This document shows, in pieces, positions 1 to 12,105 of a DNA stretch of 64,000 nucleotides (position 1 is the stretch's first letter; each line of letters opens with the position of its first letter). The position numbers and the translations under genes were made by a program. The DNA is from Rhina ancylostomus (Eukaryota). The stretch lies in contig JARFYF010000002.1 in assembly GCA_030265395.1 (NCBI GenBank), positions 57,081,372 through 57,145,371 of the forward strand, read 5' to 3'. Under the pieces are notes generated by a model that saw only the letters and a program-made list of their open reading frames with translations, ran no database searches and was not told the DNA's origin.

Positions 1-144
1 ACAGCCTCTCCCTTATCCACCCTACCTGAGATTTCCTCAAAAAANNNNNNNNNNNNNNNNNNNNNNNNNNNNNNNNNNNNNNNNNNNNNNNNNNNNNNNN
101 NNNNNNNNNNNNNNNNNNNNNNNNNNNNNNNNNNNNNNNNNNNN

Positions 145-420
145 TACCGATTTCTGAGGGGGACCGCCACAAAGGTGCTCTCTACAAATTCTTTATAGCC
201 TGTCTATCTCCTTCTCACTCTCCCTAATCAGCTAAAGGTCATCGAGCTGCAGCTCCAGGTCCTTAACACAATCCTTGAGGAGCCGCATCTCAATGCACTT
301 TGCGCAGATGTAGTCCTCGGGGAGGCTGGTAGTCTCCCAGGGTCCCCATATCCAGCACTCTAAACATAACACTAATCCCAGATGCATACTTCTATGCCAC
401 TGCCTAGTGCAACTACAATA
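145..420 (-). mobile_element. CR1 LINE ORF1 N-terminal remnant
   Basis: Minus strand reads ETTSLPEDYICAKCIEMRLLKDCVKDLELQLDDL*LIRESEKEID, a CxxC plus coiled-coil pattern typical of CR1 ORF1; contains a stop. Confidence 0.7.
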
Positions 421-1224
421 AATAAACTAGTCAATCACTGTTGAGAACTGGTCGTTGGTTTAGGACAAATGAGGAGAATAAATATGTGGCTGATGCCTGC
501 AGCAAAAGGATATTTGGGATAATGGGAGAATGTGCATGAAATATTCCTCATGGTTCTCAGCATTGACTTCAAAGAAACATGGTTACTTTGGAAAAGGTGT
601 GAGGCTGTGTGATCAGGAGGATTTTACAATTTGGTTCTCTAATTTATGAAGAGACTGAAGTGAATCTGCTCATATTGAAGAGAAAACAGCTAAGAAAATA
701 CATGACCTCTATCTTAAAAACATAGACCTAATTTAGAAGTTATTTTACTTGAATGTATGTTCAGAATAAGAGAATGTGAATACATAATTAATATTGCAAG
801 AAACAAAACATCAGAAGAGAATTTTCCCTCATGCAGCAGCAGATATTGAGAATGATCACCCAAATAATGGAGATTAATTGCTTGTTAGAAATATGAATAA
901 AATGTATTTAATAACTTAATTGGAGTAATGCTTTGTGCAAAATAAAATCCTCTGGCTACTGGGAACTTAAAATAACAACCAAAAAATGATTTTGGTGTAT
1001 CTTAAGTTATTATATTGTATGTTTTGTGCAAATTACAGATATATTTCTGAAATCCTCTTCACTAAAGCTTTTTGTATGTGCAGCAACTTGTAGCTCACAT
1101 GATACATCATGATGGGAACTTGTAAGTAAGGGAATTGTGCATGAACTAAAGATGAGCAGCAATCACAAGGTTATTAAATTAGTGGCAGACTTTCATTGGT
1201 GCTGATTCCAAAAAAGAAAAATAA

Positions 1225-1580
1225 ATATTTGCATTTATACATTGCCTTTGGAATACTGAAGACATTTTGCAGGTACTAATTTAATCTTGAAGTGTTTAAC
1301 TGTTCCAATATTGGAAATATGGGAGAAAATCAGTGCACAGCAAAATCTTGCAAACATTAAAGAGAAATTTGCAGTATAATTGTTTTTTTCAGAGTTTAGT
1401 CAATGGTAAATAGTTGGTTTAAAGACCAATGAGAGCGTCTCTGCTGTTCTGAAGAACAATACAGGGAGAGGGTAGGTGAGACCTCAGCAGTGCACCTCAG
1501 ATTATGTGCTAACCTCTCTGGTGAGGACTTGGAATTGACAACCACCTGTGCTGGGGTGAGATGCTCCCACTGAGCCACGA
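1225..1580 (-). mobile_element. Degenerate tRNA-headed DeuSINE/SacSINE-like element
   Basis: Minus strand begins cgtggctcagtgggagc (A-box-like) and ends in an L2-type tail (reverse complement of ttgcatttatacattgcctt). Confidence 0.5.
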
Positions 1581-3859
1581 CATTTGCCTCAGTGACTCTG
1601 ACTCAGGTGGAAGCATTTCTGTTAGTATCTTGGAATTTATTGTGATTCTGGTCTCTGAGTCCTTTCCAAAGCAATTCCTTTTGAAGTCTCTTCTAGAATG
1701 CAGTTAAGAGATTAATTTATGTTTATGCTTCAGCTTCAAGAAGATACAACTTTGTAAAGAGCATTACATATTAATAAAGACAGAACTTTGCTTCTGCAAT
1801 TTGTTTATTCTTTTGAACTGTGGTTAATTAAACAGTGAATCCTTTCAAGGCAGTAGTTATTTTACTTTGTCGGTTGTAGCCAGGGAAATGTTGAAGAATC
1901 TAATCTTGTAGACACAGTAGGGATCCATAATAGTTGGCTCATTGAAATTATAAGCTCTGCAGGATGTGGAATAGGTGCTTTGACTTTAAAACATGTTTGG
2001 TGAATTGTTCCACTCTGCAGATGAATCCAATCATCTAAATGCAAAACGCTGCAGATGCTGGAAATCTGAAATAGATCCTGAAGGTGGTGGATGTAGTCAT
2101 CAGGTTAGGCAGCATTATGATCATGCTTGATAAAGGCCTGAATTGGTAGGATGCATTGTTAACAATGTATTGCATTTTGAATGTAGCTTTTTTTTGATTG
2201 CCCTGCCTTCATTAGTTTCTTTTGGCTGCAAAGGAACACTTGACCATTTTTGAGTTGATTATAACAACAGGTTCTTGTGCCAAAACAGAATTCCAGAAGC
2301 TCTACAGTTTATTTTGTGTGCCGATTTGACATGCTACTTTCAGGACTTTTCCTTTGTATTTTGGAGAAGTTATCAAAGAATAATGCATAATGCTTGATTG
2401 ACTTTACCTGTACACTTACTAACTCAAAGGGTCAAAGAAGATGAGATTGAAACAATCACCATTTTTATCCATTTTGAAAGAACCTTTTTCAATATCATTC
2501 AAAGGAGTGATTAGTTCTCAGCACAAAAGGGGATGGGCTACATATTATTACATTTATTTTGCATTTCATTACAATGAATTCTACTTGTCCATAAAAAAAA
2601 CTCAATTGCTTTTGTTCTACCTATTTGTATCATCTAATTCATTCTGTATTCTGTTTATCTCCTCCTTTGTAACTTTGTAAATTCTCATTTTTGAGATATT
2701 GAGATGGTCAATCTCCAAGGTAGAGGCCAGACCTGTTCTGAACCACCTGAGATTTATCCTTTGATGTCCACTGTGACTTGTGCATCTGAACACTGCAACG
2801 TGGAAGTTGGAGATGTGCTGGAGGTCAGATATGGGTGAATCTGACCTCTCGCTCTGCCATTGGACTTGTCACTGAGTCCAGTGTCAGGTTCACATTGTAC
2901 TGAGCTGGGGGATGCCTAGCTCAGTTACTCAAAGTGAGTCAGACTTCAATTGAAAAGTTATTCAAGTTAAGTGTTATGCTTATTTTCTTTCATTTCACTT
3001 TATGTTTATGTATTTCTGGAGAAGTTTAATTTTTGAACTAAATTCCTTTTTTTTTTATTCAGTTCCTTAAATGACAAATCAATTTTCGGCAGTTTTTAAT
3101 ACATCTGAATAAAAGCATTGTGACATGTCTTTCTCAAGTGCTGTATTGCCTTCGTGGGGAGATAATGCAATTGGTCACATTTGCAGTTTCCACAATAAAT
3201 ATGGGCATAGGAACTTGGAATAGAGCAAGGCTGTCACAAAAAATATCCAACTTAAGCACTTCAAATGGAGAGTAATTAATCAGACAGGAAGTATGTGCAA
3301 ATATAATGAATAGTATTATCCTGAACCTAGCTCACTGCCCAGGACGCCTACCCAACCACACTTAATTTTTCCAGTTGCAGAAAGCTAATGAGTTGACTAG
3401 ACTTACTCGACACCTGACTTTGTGCGACAACTGAGCCTTAGGCAGTTTATCAGCTGCCCAAGTTTCTCTCAGGTTGCTGAATTGTTTTAAAATAGCTCTA
3501 ATAATGATAACATTTAAAACAATTCTTGTAAAGAACAATCATTTAAAAAGTATGAAAATATTTTTCACAAATTAATATACATTAAAATATTTAAACATGA
3601 ACAACTATTTCAAACATTAACATAAATAATGTGAAGGGTTTAATTCATTTACACAGGGTCACCAGTCTCTCACTGGAGTTGAGCTTGAAGCACTGAGTAC
3701 CAAGTGCCCCTCTATTGGGAGTCACTGCTCAGCTGATAGGTTCATCTCTGAGCCAAGAGTGGGAGGAAACAGCCAGATATACCAACATCTTTTCTTCTTG
3801 TAATCTTGTACTTCCACGTTTGGTAACATATCCATAGAACTCTGAGACTTGAGCAACAG

Positions 3860-5210
3860 CAGCAGACACAAAATGCTGGAGGAACTCAGCAGATCAGGCA
3901 GCATCTATGGAGGGAAATAAACAGTAGACATTTCAGGTTGAGACCCTTCATCAGGACTAGAAAGGAAGAGGGTAGAAGCCAGAATAAGGAGGAGGGAAAA
4001 AACGGGCTTTCCCAACCACCACCATCAATACAGCCCTCATCTGCACCTCCTCCATTTCCCATAAGTCTGCCATCACCCCACCTGCCCCCAACACAACAGG
4101 AATAGGGCTTCCCTTGTCCTCACCTACCACTCCACGAGCCTCCGCACCCAACATATTATTCTCTGCAACTTCTCCCACCTCCAACAGGATCCCACCACCA
4201 GGCACATCTCTCTCCACCCCCCCCCCGCCTCGCTGTCTGCAGGGNNNNNNNNNNNNNNNNNNNNNNNNNNNNNNNNNNNNNNNNNNNNNNNNNNNNNNNN
4301 NNNNNNNNNNNNNNNNNNNNNNNNNNNNNNNNNNNNNNNNNNNNNNNNNNNNNNNNNNNNNNNNNNNNNNNNNNNNNNNNNNNNNNNNNNNNNNNNNNNN
4401 NNNNNNNNNNNNNNNNNNNNNNNNNNNNNNNNNNNNNNNNNNNNNNNNNNNNNNNNNNNNNNNNNNNNNNNNNNNNNNNNNNNNNNNNNNNNNNNNNNNN
4501 NNNNNNNNNNNNNNNNNNNNNNNNNNNNNNNNNNNNNNNNNNNNNNNNNNNNNNNNNNNNNNNNNNNNNNNNNNNNNNNNNNNNNNNNNNNNNNNNNNNN
4601 NNNNNNNNNNNNNNNNNNNNNNNNNNNNNNNNNNNNNNNNNNNNNNNNNNNNNNNNNNNNNNNNNNNNNNNNNNNNNNNNNNNNNNNNNNNNNNNNNNNN
4701 NNNNNNNNNNNNNNNNNNNNNNNNNNNNNNNNNNNNNNNNNNNNNNNNNNNNNNNNNNNNNNNNNNNNNNNNNNNNNNNNNNNNNNNNNNNNNNNNNNNN
4801 NNNNNNNNNNNNNNNNNNNNNNNNNNNNNNNNNNNNNNNNNNNNNNNNNNNNNNNNNNNNNNNNNNNNNNNNNNNNNNNNNNNNNNNNNNNNNNNNNNNN
4901 NNNNNNNNNNNNNNNNNNNNNNNNNNNNNNNNNNNNNNNNNNNNNNNNNNNNNNNNNNNCCACCCACCCACCTACCTACCTTCCCCCCTCACCTGGACTC
5001 ACATATCACCTGCCAGCTTGTGCTTCTCCCTCTCCTCTGACCACCTTATTCTGGCTCCTGCCTTCTTCCTTTCCAGTCCTGATGAAGGGTCTTGAATGGA
5101 AATGTCAACTGTTTATTTCCCTCCATAGTTGCTGGCTGACCTGCTGAGTTCCTCCAGTGTTTTATCTGGGTTGCTCCAGACTACAGCATCTGCAGAATCT
5201 CTTGTGTCTC
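3860..5210 (+). mobile_element. Penelope-like retroelement remnant with inverted terminal segments and probable target-site duplication (gap inside)
   Basis: About 3865-3990 and 5040-5165 are reverse complements. 4003-4210 reads RGFP...LVLTYHSTSLRTQHIILCNFSHLQQDPTTRHI (post-RT region). Flanks are ACTTGAGCAACAG (3847-3859) and ACTTGAACAACAG (5211-5223). Confidence 0.75.
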
Positions 5211-5739
5211 ACTTGAACAACAGGTCTCTGTGGTATCATGGCCTGGCAGTCAGCATGATTTGACCCTTCTTAAAAATAAGATTGATTAAAATAATTATGT
5301 ATATAGTCAATTTAGGCATCTGAAGAATATTTACCACATTAATACCTTGTGAATTGATTTTCAATGGAATTGAGAGAGAGGAAGAAGTCTGAACTGCTCA
5401 TTTTTCACCCAGTTAATTAATTGGATAGGACTTCAGGAATCTAATGGTGGGAACTCTAGGAAGAATTTTTGAATATGCTGACATTTCCTTGTGTAGCTGT
5501 GAGAAGTTCTGGGCATTCATTACATGTGGAAGAACTGAAGTTGTTGTCAGCAACTTGTCACTGTTGCAGTGGCTACACGGTGGTACTGGACTTGATAGTG
5601 GACCTGGCATTGGGGCTGGAAGTTACAGCAACACACCATGATCTACAATGGAGAATCTGCACAGAGACCACATGCTGGGGATTCTTCCCCATTCATTTCA
5701 ATGGTAGAGAACAGCTCTGAGGAACTAAAGTAATTATGT

Positions 5740-5930
5740 GTTAAAACAAAAACAGAAAATGCTGGAAACACTTAGCAGGCCATGCTGCATCTGTGGGAAG
5801 AGAAACAGAGCCAATGTTTCAGGTCGAAGACCCTTTGTCACATTGGCTCTGGTTTTCATCCTGTGGATACACGCTGGCCTCCTCTTCCAGCATTTTTTGT
5901 TTGTTCCAGATTTCCAGCATCTGCATTTTT
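5740..5930. mobile_element. Short fold-back element made of Penelope-like terminal sequence
   Basis: aaaatgctggaaacacttagcagg...gcatctgtgg on the left and its imperfect reverse complement ...ttccagcatttt...tttccagcatctgc on the right. Confidence 0.6.
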
Positions 5931-7431
5931 TTCATTTTCATTTAACGATTTGTTAATATGGATATTTTAGATTTTGTTTGTAAACATCTTTTTTTATTTT
6001 TAAGATTTTAGGCATTTGAATTCTTTAAAGTTTCAATATACTCAAGTTAATGTTTGTGAATTCTTCATTATATCTTGAGCAGTTGGAATAGATGAAACTT
6101 TATCTTTTTCTGGTAATGGAATGGAGATGACTTGCATATTTCAGAGCAATCAAGCCTAATATTGCTCAGACACAAAGTGATTGTGTTTACTTATTCATAA
6201 GAATAATTGGGTCTTATAATAAACTGTGAAGTTGGAAGGAGAGGATGCAAGACTTGGTTGAGGTAAAATAAGAGTACTGGATATCCTCAGCAAGTTGGGC
6301 AGCATCTGTGAAGAGAGAAACAGAATGTTCCAAATCAATGGCCTTTCAAGAACACAAGGAAAGAAGCCTAAGAAAATAGGAGCACAAGTGGGCCACCTTT
6401 GTTAACCATATATTGTGCCTCTTTCTGATGGAATCTACCTATCAAGGGGTCACATATTGGGAGCCTATAGATTACTCCCATCTGTGTCTTTCCCATTTGG
6501 TATTCACGATTTCAACCCCAACCAATTCTACATTACTCCCCATGGCCTCTATATTACAACTCAAGACCAGACTGATATCTTCTTTAATTAATAACACAAT
6601 CCTGCCTCCTTTCCCTTTTTGTCCTGTTCATTTGGAACATCACATAGCCTCGAATCTTGAACACCCAGTCCTGGTCACCCTACGACACTGGAGCTCATAA
6701 AATTGAGTAAACAAGTGTGTTTGAAATTGTACCATTCACAGGGGAGGAGAAAGGGGATCATTGGATTGAAAATAAAAGGAATGTCTGTTATAGGGTGAAT
6801 GCCATACGTGAATGATGCATAGATTTGTCGACGAGAAATTGATGAAGGCTTGCTGGTCATAGCTGATCTGTCTGGAAGAGGTATCAATAAAGGGAAATGA
6901 ATGGGAAGGGAGGAGAGAAGAATGCAGGAATTGTGAGATGCCGAACATAGCAGTTGTTAGAAATCTGATATGAAAGACATTCAGCAGGTCAAGTAGCATT
7001 TGTGGAAACAGCAAAGCTGACTTGACATCACAGTTACACAAAATGGAAAGGATATTTATCCAAAATATCAGTATCATAAGGGCTCAACATGTTAAGATGG
7101 AAGAGTTGCTTTTTCTTGACCTTATGTTGGGCATTGTTGGAACAGTACAAGAGGACAAAGACAGATGTCAGAGGAGGAGTGATGAACCAAAGAGGTTCAT
7201 ACAGAGGGAGGCTTAGTCACACTTGTGAATTGAACAAAGTTGTTCCATAGAGCTGTCACACAATCTGCATTTAGTTTCCTCTTACCTGAGTGTTTTCTGA
7301 TATTCTCCATTCAGAAACAATTTGTCAAATTAAATAGAGTAAGAACTGATTGATAAATTGGAATATTCAGAACTCAGCAAAATTAATTTCAATTTGAAAT
7401 ATAATTGATCCCTATTTCCCCTTTATTATGC

Positions 7432-8215
7432 TATTAATAAAATCACACAATAAAATGCATATAAGGTGCTGCATTGTGCTACATTGCTCCATTGTGCTTT
7501 CTCATGGAAAATATTTGGCTCAGAATTCAGTTGTATTATACAATTTTGACTGCTTATTTGTTACTGTTTGGTTCCAACTGAACATTGAATATATGAATAT
7601 ACCAGTTTTCTGTGAAATAATATTATGTAAAACAATTATGCTTTGACAACTCTATCCAAATGCGTGTACTTGGATGGATTTTGCAAATTTACAACCATCT
7701 GGTGCTCTTAAGTGTGGCGACTGGCTTGAGACTACCAAAGCTGAGTGATGCAGTCATCTGTTTTGATTCTATTGCCTTTGCTGCATTGCTTTCTCATGAG
7801 CGAAAGCAGAGTGCTGTGCGTGATTACTCGGGAATGAATGTTAGAGTTGGATACAGGACTGTATTTTTTTCCCAAATGGCAAGTGATTCAGAAGGAAGGC
7901 TTAGCATTCAAGAATACTCTTAAAATTAAGCTGGTTTTATTTGTAAAAATTACCAGTGAACGAATTAATAATTCTGATGCATAAGATAAATTGTTAAAAA
8001 GTGGTCCCATAAAGTTTTTTTAAACACCTTTTCAGGGATTTGAAATTCAGATGGCAAAGCTCACATTAAACGCTATTTTGTCCTGAACCCATTTTCCATT
8101 TATTAATAAAATCACACAATAAAATGCATATAAAGTGCTGCATTGTGCTACATTGCTCCATTGTGCTTTCTCATGGAAAATATTTGGCTCAGAATTTAGT
8201 TGTATTATACAATTT
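7432..8215 (+). repeat. Spaced direct repeat, 115 bp (7432-7546 and 8101-8215)
   Basis: The two copies read by eye differ at 2 positions, offset 669 bp, with no gap between them. Confidence 0.9.
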
Positions 8216-8485
8216 GTTTCAGCACTCTGCAAACAAAACAACATTTAGTTCATTGAGTGTGACACAATAAACAACATTACTGGATTGTATTGCTTCATTC
8301 TGGAAATGAGACCAGACGGTTCATGGTGTGAGTCACCTTTGAGAATCTGACATAATTTCCATGCAAGTGACACATGGGATGATGTCAGTTCCTACACAAC
8401 ACTCCTGTTGGAGCGCTGCTGGGAATGCACGCACCTTGATCTATGTTTTAGACAGGACTGGGTGACTTGGTAGATTATCAGCATA

Positions 8486-8508
8486 ATGCTGGCCAGGACA
8501 CCTCTCAA
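8486..8508 (+). CDS. Coding part of a candidate internal first exon of DTNB (MLARTPLN)
   Basis: ATG with A at -3, in-frame TAG 15 nt upstream, near-consensus donor CAA|gtaagt in phase 2, which joins in frame to exon 9454. Unverified. Confidence 0.3.
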
Positions 8509-9453
8509 GTAAGTAAATTACTTCAGTCTAAGTCTCACTGCACCGGCATTGAATTAATTTCCCAAATCTGCACCCAGATCAAACGGCTCCTGCCCACCAT
8601 CCCCACCACTTCCAATGGCCCGTATGCCTGCTTGTGCTTGTTTGCTTTTTTCCCTATCCCNNNNNNNNNNNNNNNNNNNNNNNNNNNNNNNNNNNNNNNN
8701 NNNNNNNNNNNNNNNNNNNNNNNNNNNNNNNNNNNNNNNNNNNNNNNNNNNNNNNNNNNNATGCCTGCTTGTGCTTGTTTGCTTTTTTCCCGATCCCCTA
8801 CCTTTTGTTTCTTCCCAATTCCTTCCCCTGCCATATAATGGTGACAAGATCTCAGATATTTTTCTCCCTTATCCCAGTCCCCTTCAAATTCAATATGGGC
8901 TCATGACCATCAATCTATGACTCCCACTTCAACTTCCTCTCACCACCATCACCAACTAAGCTCATTCAGCAAAGGAGTACTTAACTGTGCATTTTCAGCT
9001 CTGGAAACCTGCCACCTCTTATCTGTAACCCGTGAAGTTTTCAGCAGAGATCAACGTCCAAAATGGCTATTGGTTCCTTGCTGCTACACCCTTCTTCTAA
9101 TGAGCATGCAAGACCTGAAGACAATTCTATTTCCACAACTTGTAAGGACCCTTTCAGCTTGTGCAACATCCTGAACCATAACATTTTTCTGGCCATCTCT
9201 CGCAATTTCAAGTGCCGTTTATGCAAAGGTTATTGATTACATCCACTTAGGTCCCCCATCTTTGAAGTTAGTTCAAGATCCAGCTGTTTTAAAGTAGCTT
9301 TTAGGGAGCTTTTATCCATGTAGAAAATTAACCATTCCACCTGAGTGTTTATGTCCATGAATTTATGAATACAGTGCAGATTAGTGTAGCCTTTTAGGAT
9401 GTTACTAAGTGAACTACTTTCTTTGATTTTCTTTTTATTATGTTTCTTTATAG

Positions 9454-9540
9454 TCCCCAACAACGATCGTTGCCAAACATGAATGATGCTATGGTGTCCC
9501 ATTCAGTAATTTCATCTGGAGCACCAACTCCTACAAAAAG
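9454..9540 (+). CDS. DTNB: DTNB coding exon (87 nt, phase 2-2), linker after the ZZ domain
   Basis: Acceptor tttctttatag|T, donor AAG|gtatgt. Translates PQQRSLPNMNDAMVSHSVISSGAPTPTK(R), resembling mammalian [25 protein letters not shown]. Missed by the ORF track. Confidence 0.92.
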
Positions 9541-10715
9541 GTATGTCTTTCAATAGCCTTTAATATGATGACAATTTAGCACTGGCAAAAAGAGCTTATA
9601 TCCAACTTGTTTGTCATTATTGGCTTCTTCTAAAACAAAATTCTGCATGCCATTTGCCTTTTTTTTAAGAACATGAGTGTAAGTTAGTGTGTACTTAAAG
9701 TGGTAAAATACATGGATTAATAGTTAAATGACTGGAGAAATTTTAATCATTGGTAAGCCTGGATTTGAAAACCCATACCAGACAGACCAAGCAAAGAAAT
9801 CCAACAACAAAGCTCATTCACAGATTCTGAATGTACTTCATAAAATACTGTTCATCCAGGCTAGTTCTGTGACTTCACAGCAACTGATTTTCTGGCTATT
9901 AATTGTTCAGCCATAAGGTGGAATGTAGGAATTGAACATATAGCTCTATCAATGTCCAAGTACTTTAGGCTGTTTTTTTCACCTCTACATCAAGCTGGGA
10001 ACAAAATTTGTTCATTTGTAACTTGCTCTAAATTGTATGTAAATTCAAGATTCCAAGTTCAGACACTGTTTGGATGGCTTGAATGTTTCACTTTTTCCAA
10101 TATTTCAATACCTACATCTGCAAGATGGTGTCTATTGGCAAGTATTTTGTACAATTCTGCATGTGCTTCAGAAATGTCAGAACCCATTCCTAATCACGGT
10201 AATGACCTTGCTTGTTGAGTTTTTTAATTTACTAATTTGTCCGATAATTCTGGAGAAAAATTCTCATGCTTTCCTTCACTTGGACACCCTGAGAGCATAT
10301 CTGTCATTTCTGTGACCACAAATGATTTGAAAAGGGTTGACGGGTGTGGCAAATGAGATTGTGGAAACCATGAGATGATTTTGAGAAATACTAACATTAA
10401 CATAAAATCTGTGTGAATGCCTTGTTTTACAGTTGATGTACTTTGAGTTGTATTGATTTAAATCTGTGAGTAGCAAGTTCCATCAATGTGGAGCAAGTCT
10501 AACTATTGCAAACATTAGCGCCTTATCAACTCAGCATTTCAGAAGTCACAATGGAAAAATTTAATAAATGATGATTGTTCCTTGAAATATTTGAAATACA
10601 GTCTTATGTAATGTTTAATAAATACTTGAAATGTACAGTTGTGTTTGATATATACCTTTCAATATGCCTTGATTTGTAGTGATGTGCATCTCACATGTTG
10701 CTTCCTTCTGTTCAG

Positions 10716-10853
10716 AAGGACAATCTTATCCAGTGAGCTTTGTAAACAGTGTATGAAATTACTTTTCCACTTTTCAAAGCAAACATATCCCTTAACCAAG
10801 GACAAATTGACATTTAAGTCAATAATGTCACACTCCAGTCACAAAGTTGGCAG
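10716..10853 (+). CDS. Candidate 138-nt frame-preserving cassette exon of DTNB
   Basis: Acceptor tgcttccttctgttcag|A with ctcac branch-like motif, donor CAG|gtatgc, phase 2-2, no stop in the required frame. No homology recognised. Confidence 0.25.
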
Positions 10854-11723
10854 GTATGCATAATGGCTATTTGTGTTGAGGCTGGTATTAAACAGATGTT
10901 GATAATGTTTAACTTGAGTTGCAATGTTGCTAATTCCAGGAAAAGACTGATCTTGATACCAGATTGTAAATTCTGAACTGAAAAATATCATTCAGTGATG
11001 ACATTCAAACATGCTTTTTCTGTTCTTGACATTGGCAATTCTTAACCATTGTGTAATAAATGCAGTTGGGTTATGTAGTATTAAAGTGTTATGTTAATCT
11101 CTGTATTGTAATGTGGTTGCACAGTCAGAAACATTTTAAATGTTGAGAGTTAACAGCTTCTGAGACTGTAATAGGGTTCATTAAGCATTGGAGCAGCATA
11201 CCTTAATAATTGAATTGCTGGGAGCATTTTCTTATTTTCCTGCCTTCTGCACAAAATTGGATTTATTTATTTCAGAATAAGGCCACATTTTCATTCATTG
11301 GGTTTGAAGCATGTTGGCTTAAGAAGAATTGATTTATTGTTGACATAAGTCTGTGGACTGCTTTTTTTCAGTTATCAATTAAACATATTTATCTTTTGTG
11401 AAATACACAGGTTTCAACANNNNNNNNNNNNNNNNNNNNNNNNNNNNNNNNNNNNNNNNNNNNNNNNNNNNNNNNNNNNNNNNNNNNNNNNNNNNNNNNN
11501 NNNNNNNNNNNNNNNNNNNNNNNNNNNNNNNNNNNNNNNNNNNNNNNNNNNNNNNNNNNNNNNNNNNNNNNNNNNNNNNNNNNNNNNNNNNNNNNNNNNN
11601 NNNNNNNNNNNNNNNNNNNNNNNNNNNNNNNNNNNNNNNNNNNNNNNNNNNNNNNNNNNNNNNNNNNNNNNNNNNNNNNNNNNNNNNNNNNNNNNNNNNN
11701 NNNNNNNNNNNNNNNNNNNNNNN

Positions 11724-12105
11724 CACAACCCCCCCCCCCCACCATGCTTCTTCTTCCCTTTCCTAACCTCTTCTTTTTTCCTACCTTTTTTTCCCCTTTC
11801 TCTCCTTACTTTTGACCCATCCCCTGTGGATCTGCTCTCCTCTCCTGTACCTGCTGATCACTATCTCTTATCTGCATCTACCTATCACCACCTTGTGCCC
11901 ACCTCGCCTCTCCTCTTCCATCCACCTATCACTGCTCTGCTTTCCTCTCCTATATATTGGGCTTTCCCTTTTCCTGTCTTCAGTCCTGACCCAAAACGTT
12001 GACCGCCTGCTTTTCTCCATGAATGCTGCCTGACCTGCAGAGTTCCTCCAGCATCATCGTGTTTTTCATCTAGATTCTAGCATCTGCAGTCCTTAGTCTC
12101 TCTCT
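11724..12105 (+). mobile_element. Penelope-like element 3' end
   Basis: Pyrimidine-rich tract followed by gacccaaaacgttgacc...tgctgcctgacctgcagagttcctccagca...agcatctgcag, the same terminus as 5040-5210. Confidence 0.7.

Noticed and set aside
3957-5040. Long 270-336 aa ORFs here, and similar ones at 11379-11766, 34382-35094 and 56298-56720
   Set aside because: They are open only because they run through N gaps; the real flanks are repeat remnants.
8624-8797. Direct repeats on both sides of 100-N gaps (also near 17227-17445, 20583-20736, 27112-27273, 27918-28097)
   Set aside because: Near-identical sequence flanking a fixed-size gap is a typical unmerged contig overlap, not a biological tandem repeat or CRISPR-like array.
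1-9450. Upstream DTNB exon (...PEKPLDLAHIV) or an alpha-type 9-nt DTW microexon
   Set aside because: Not found; likely upstream of the window or hidden in a gap.
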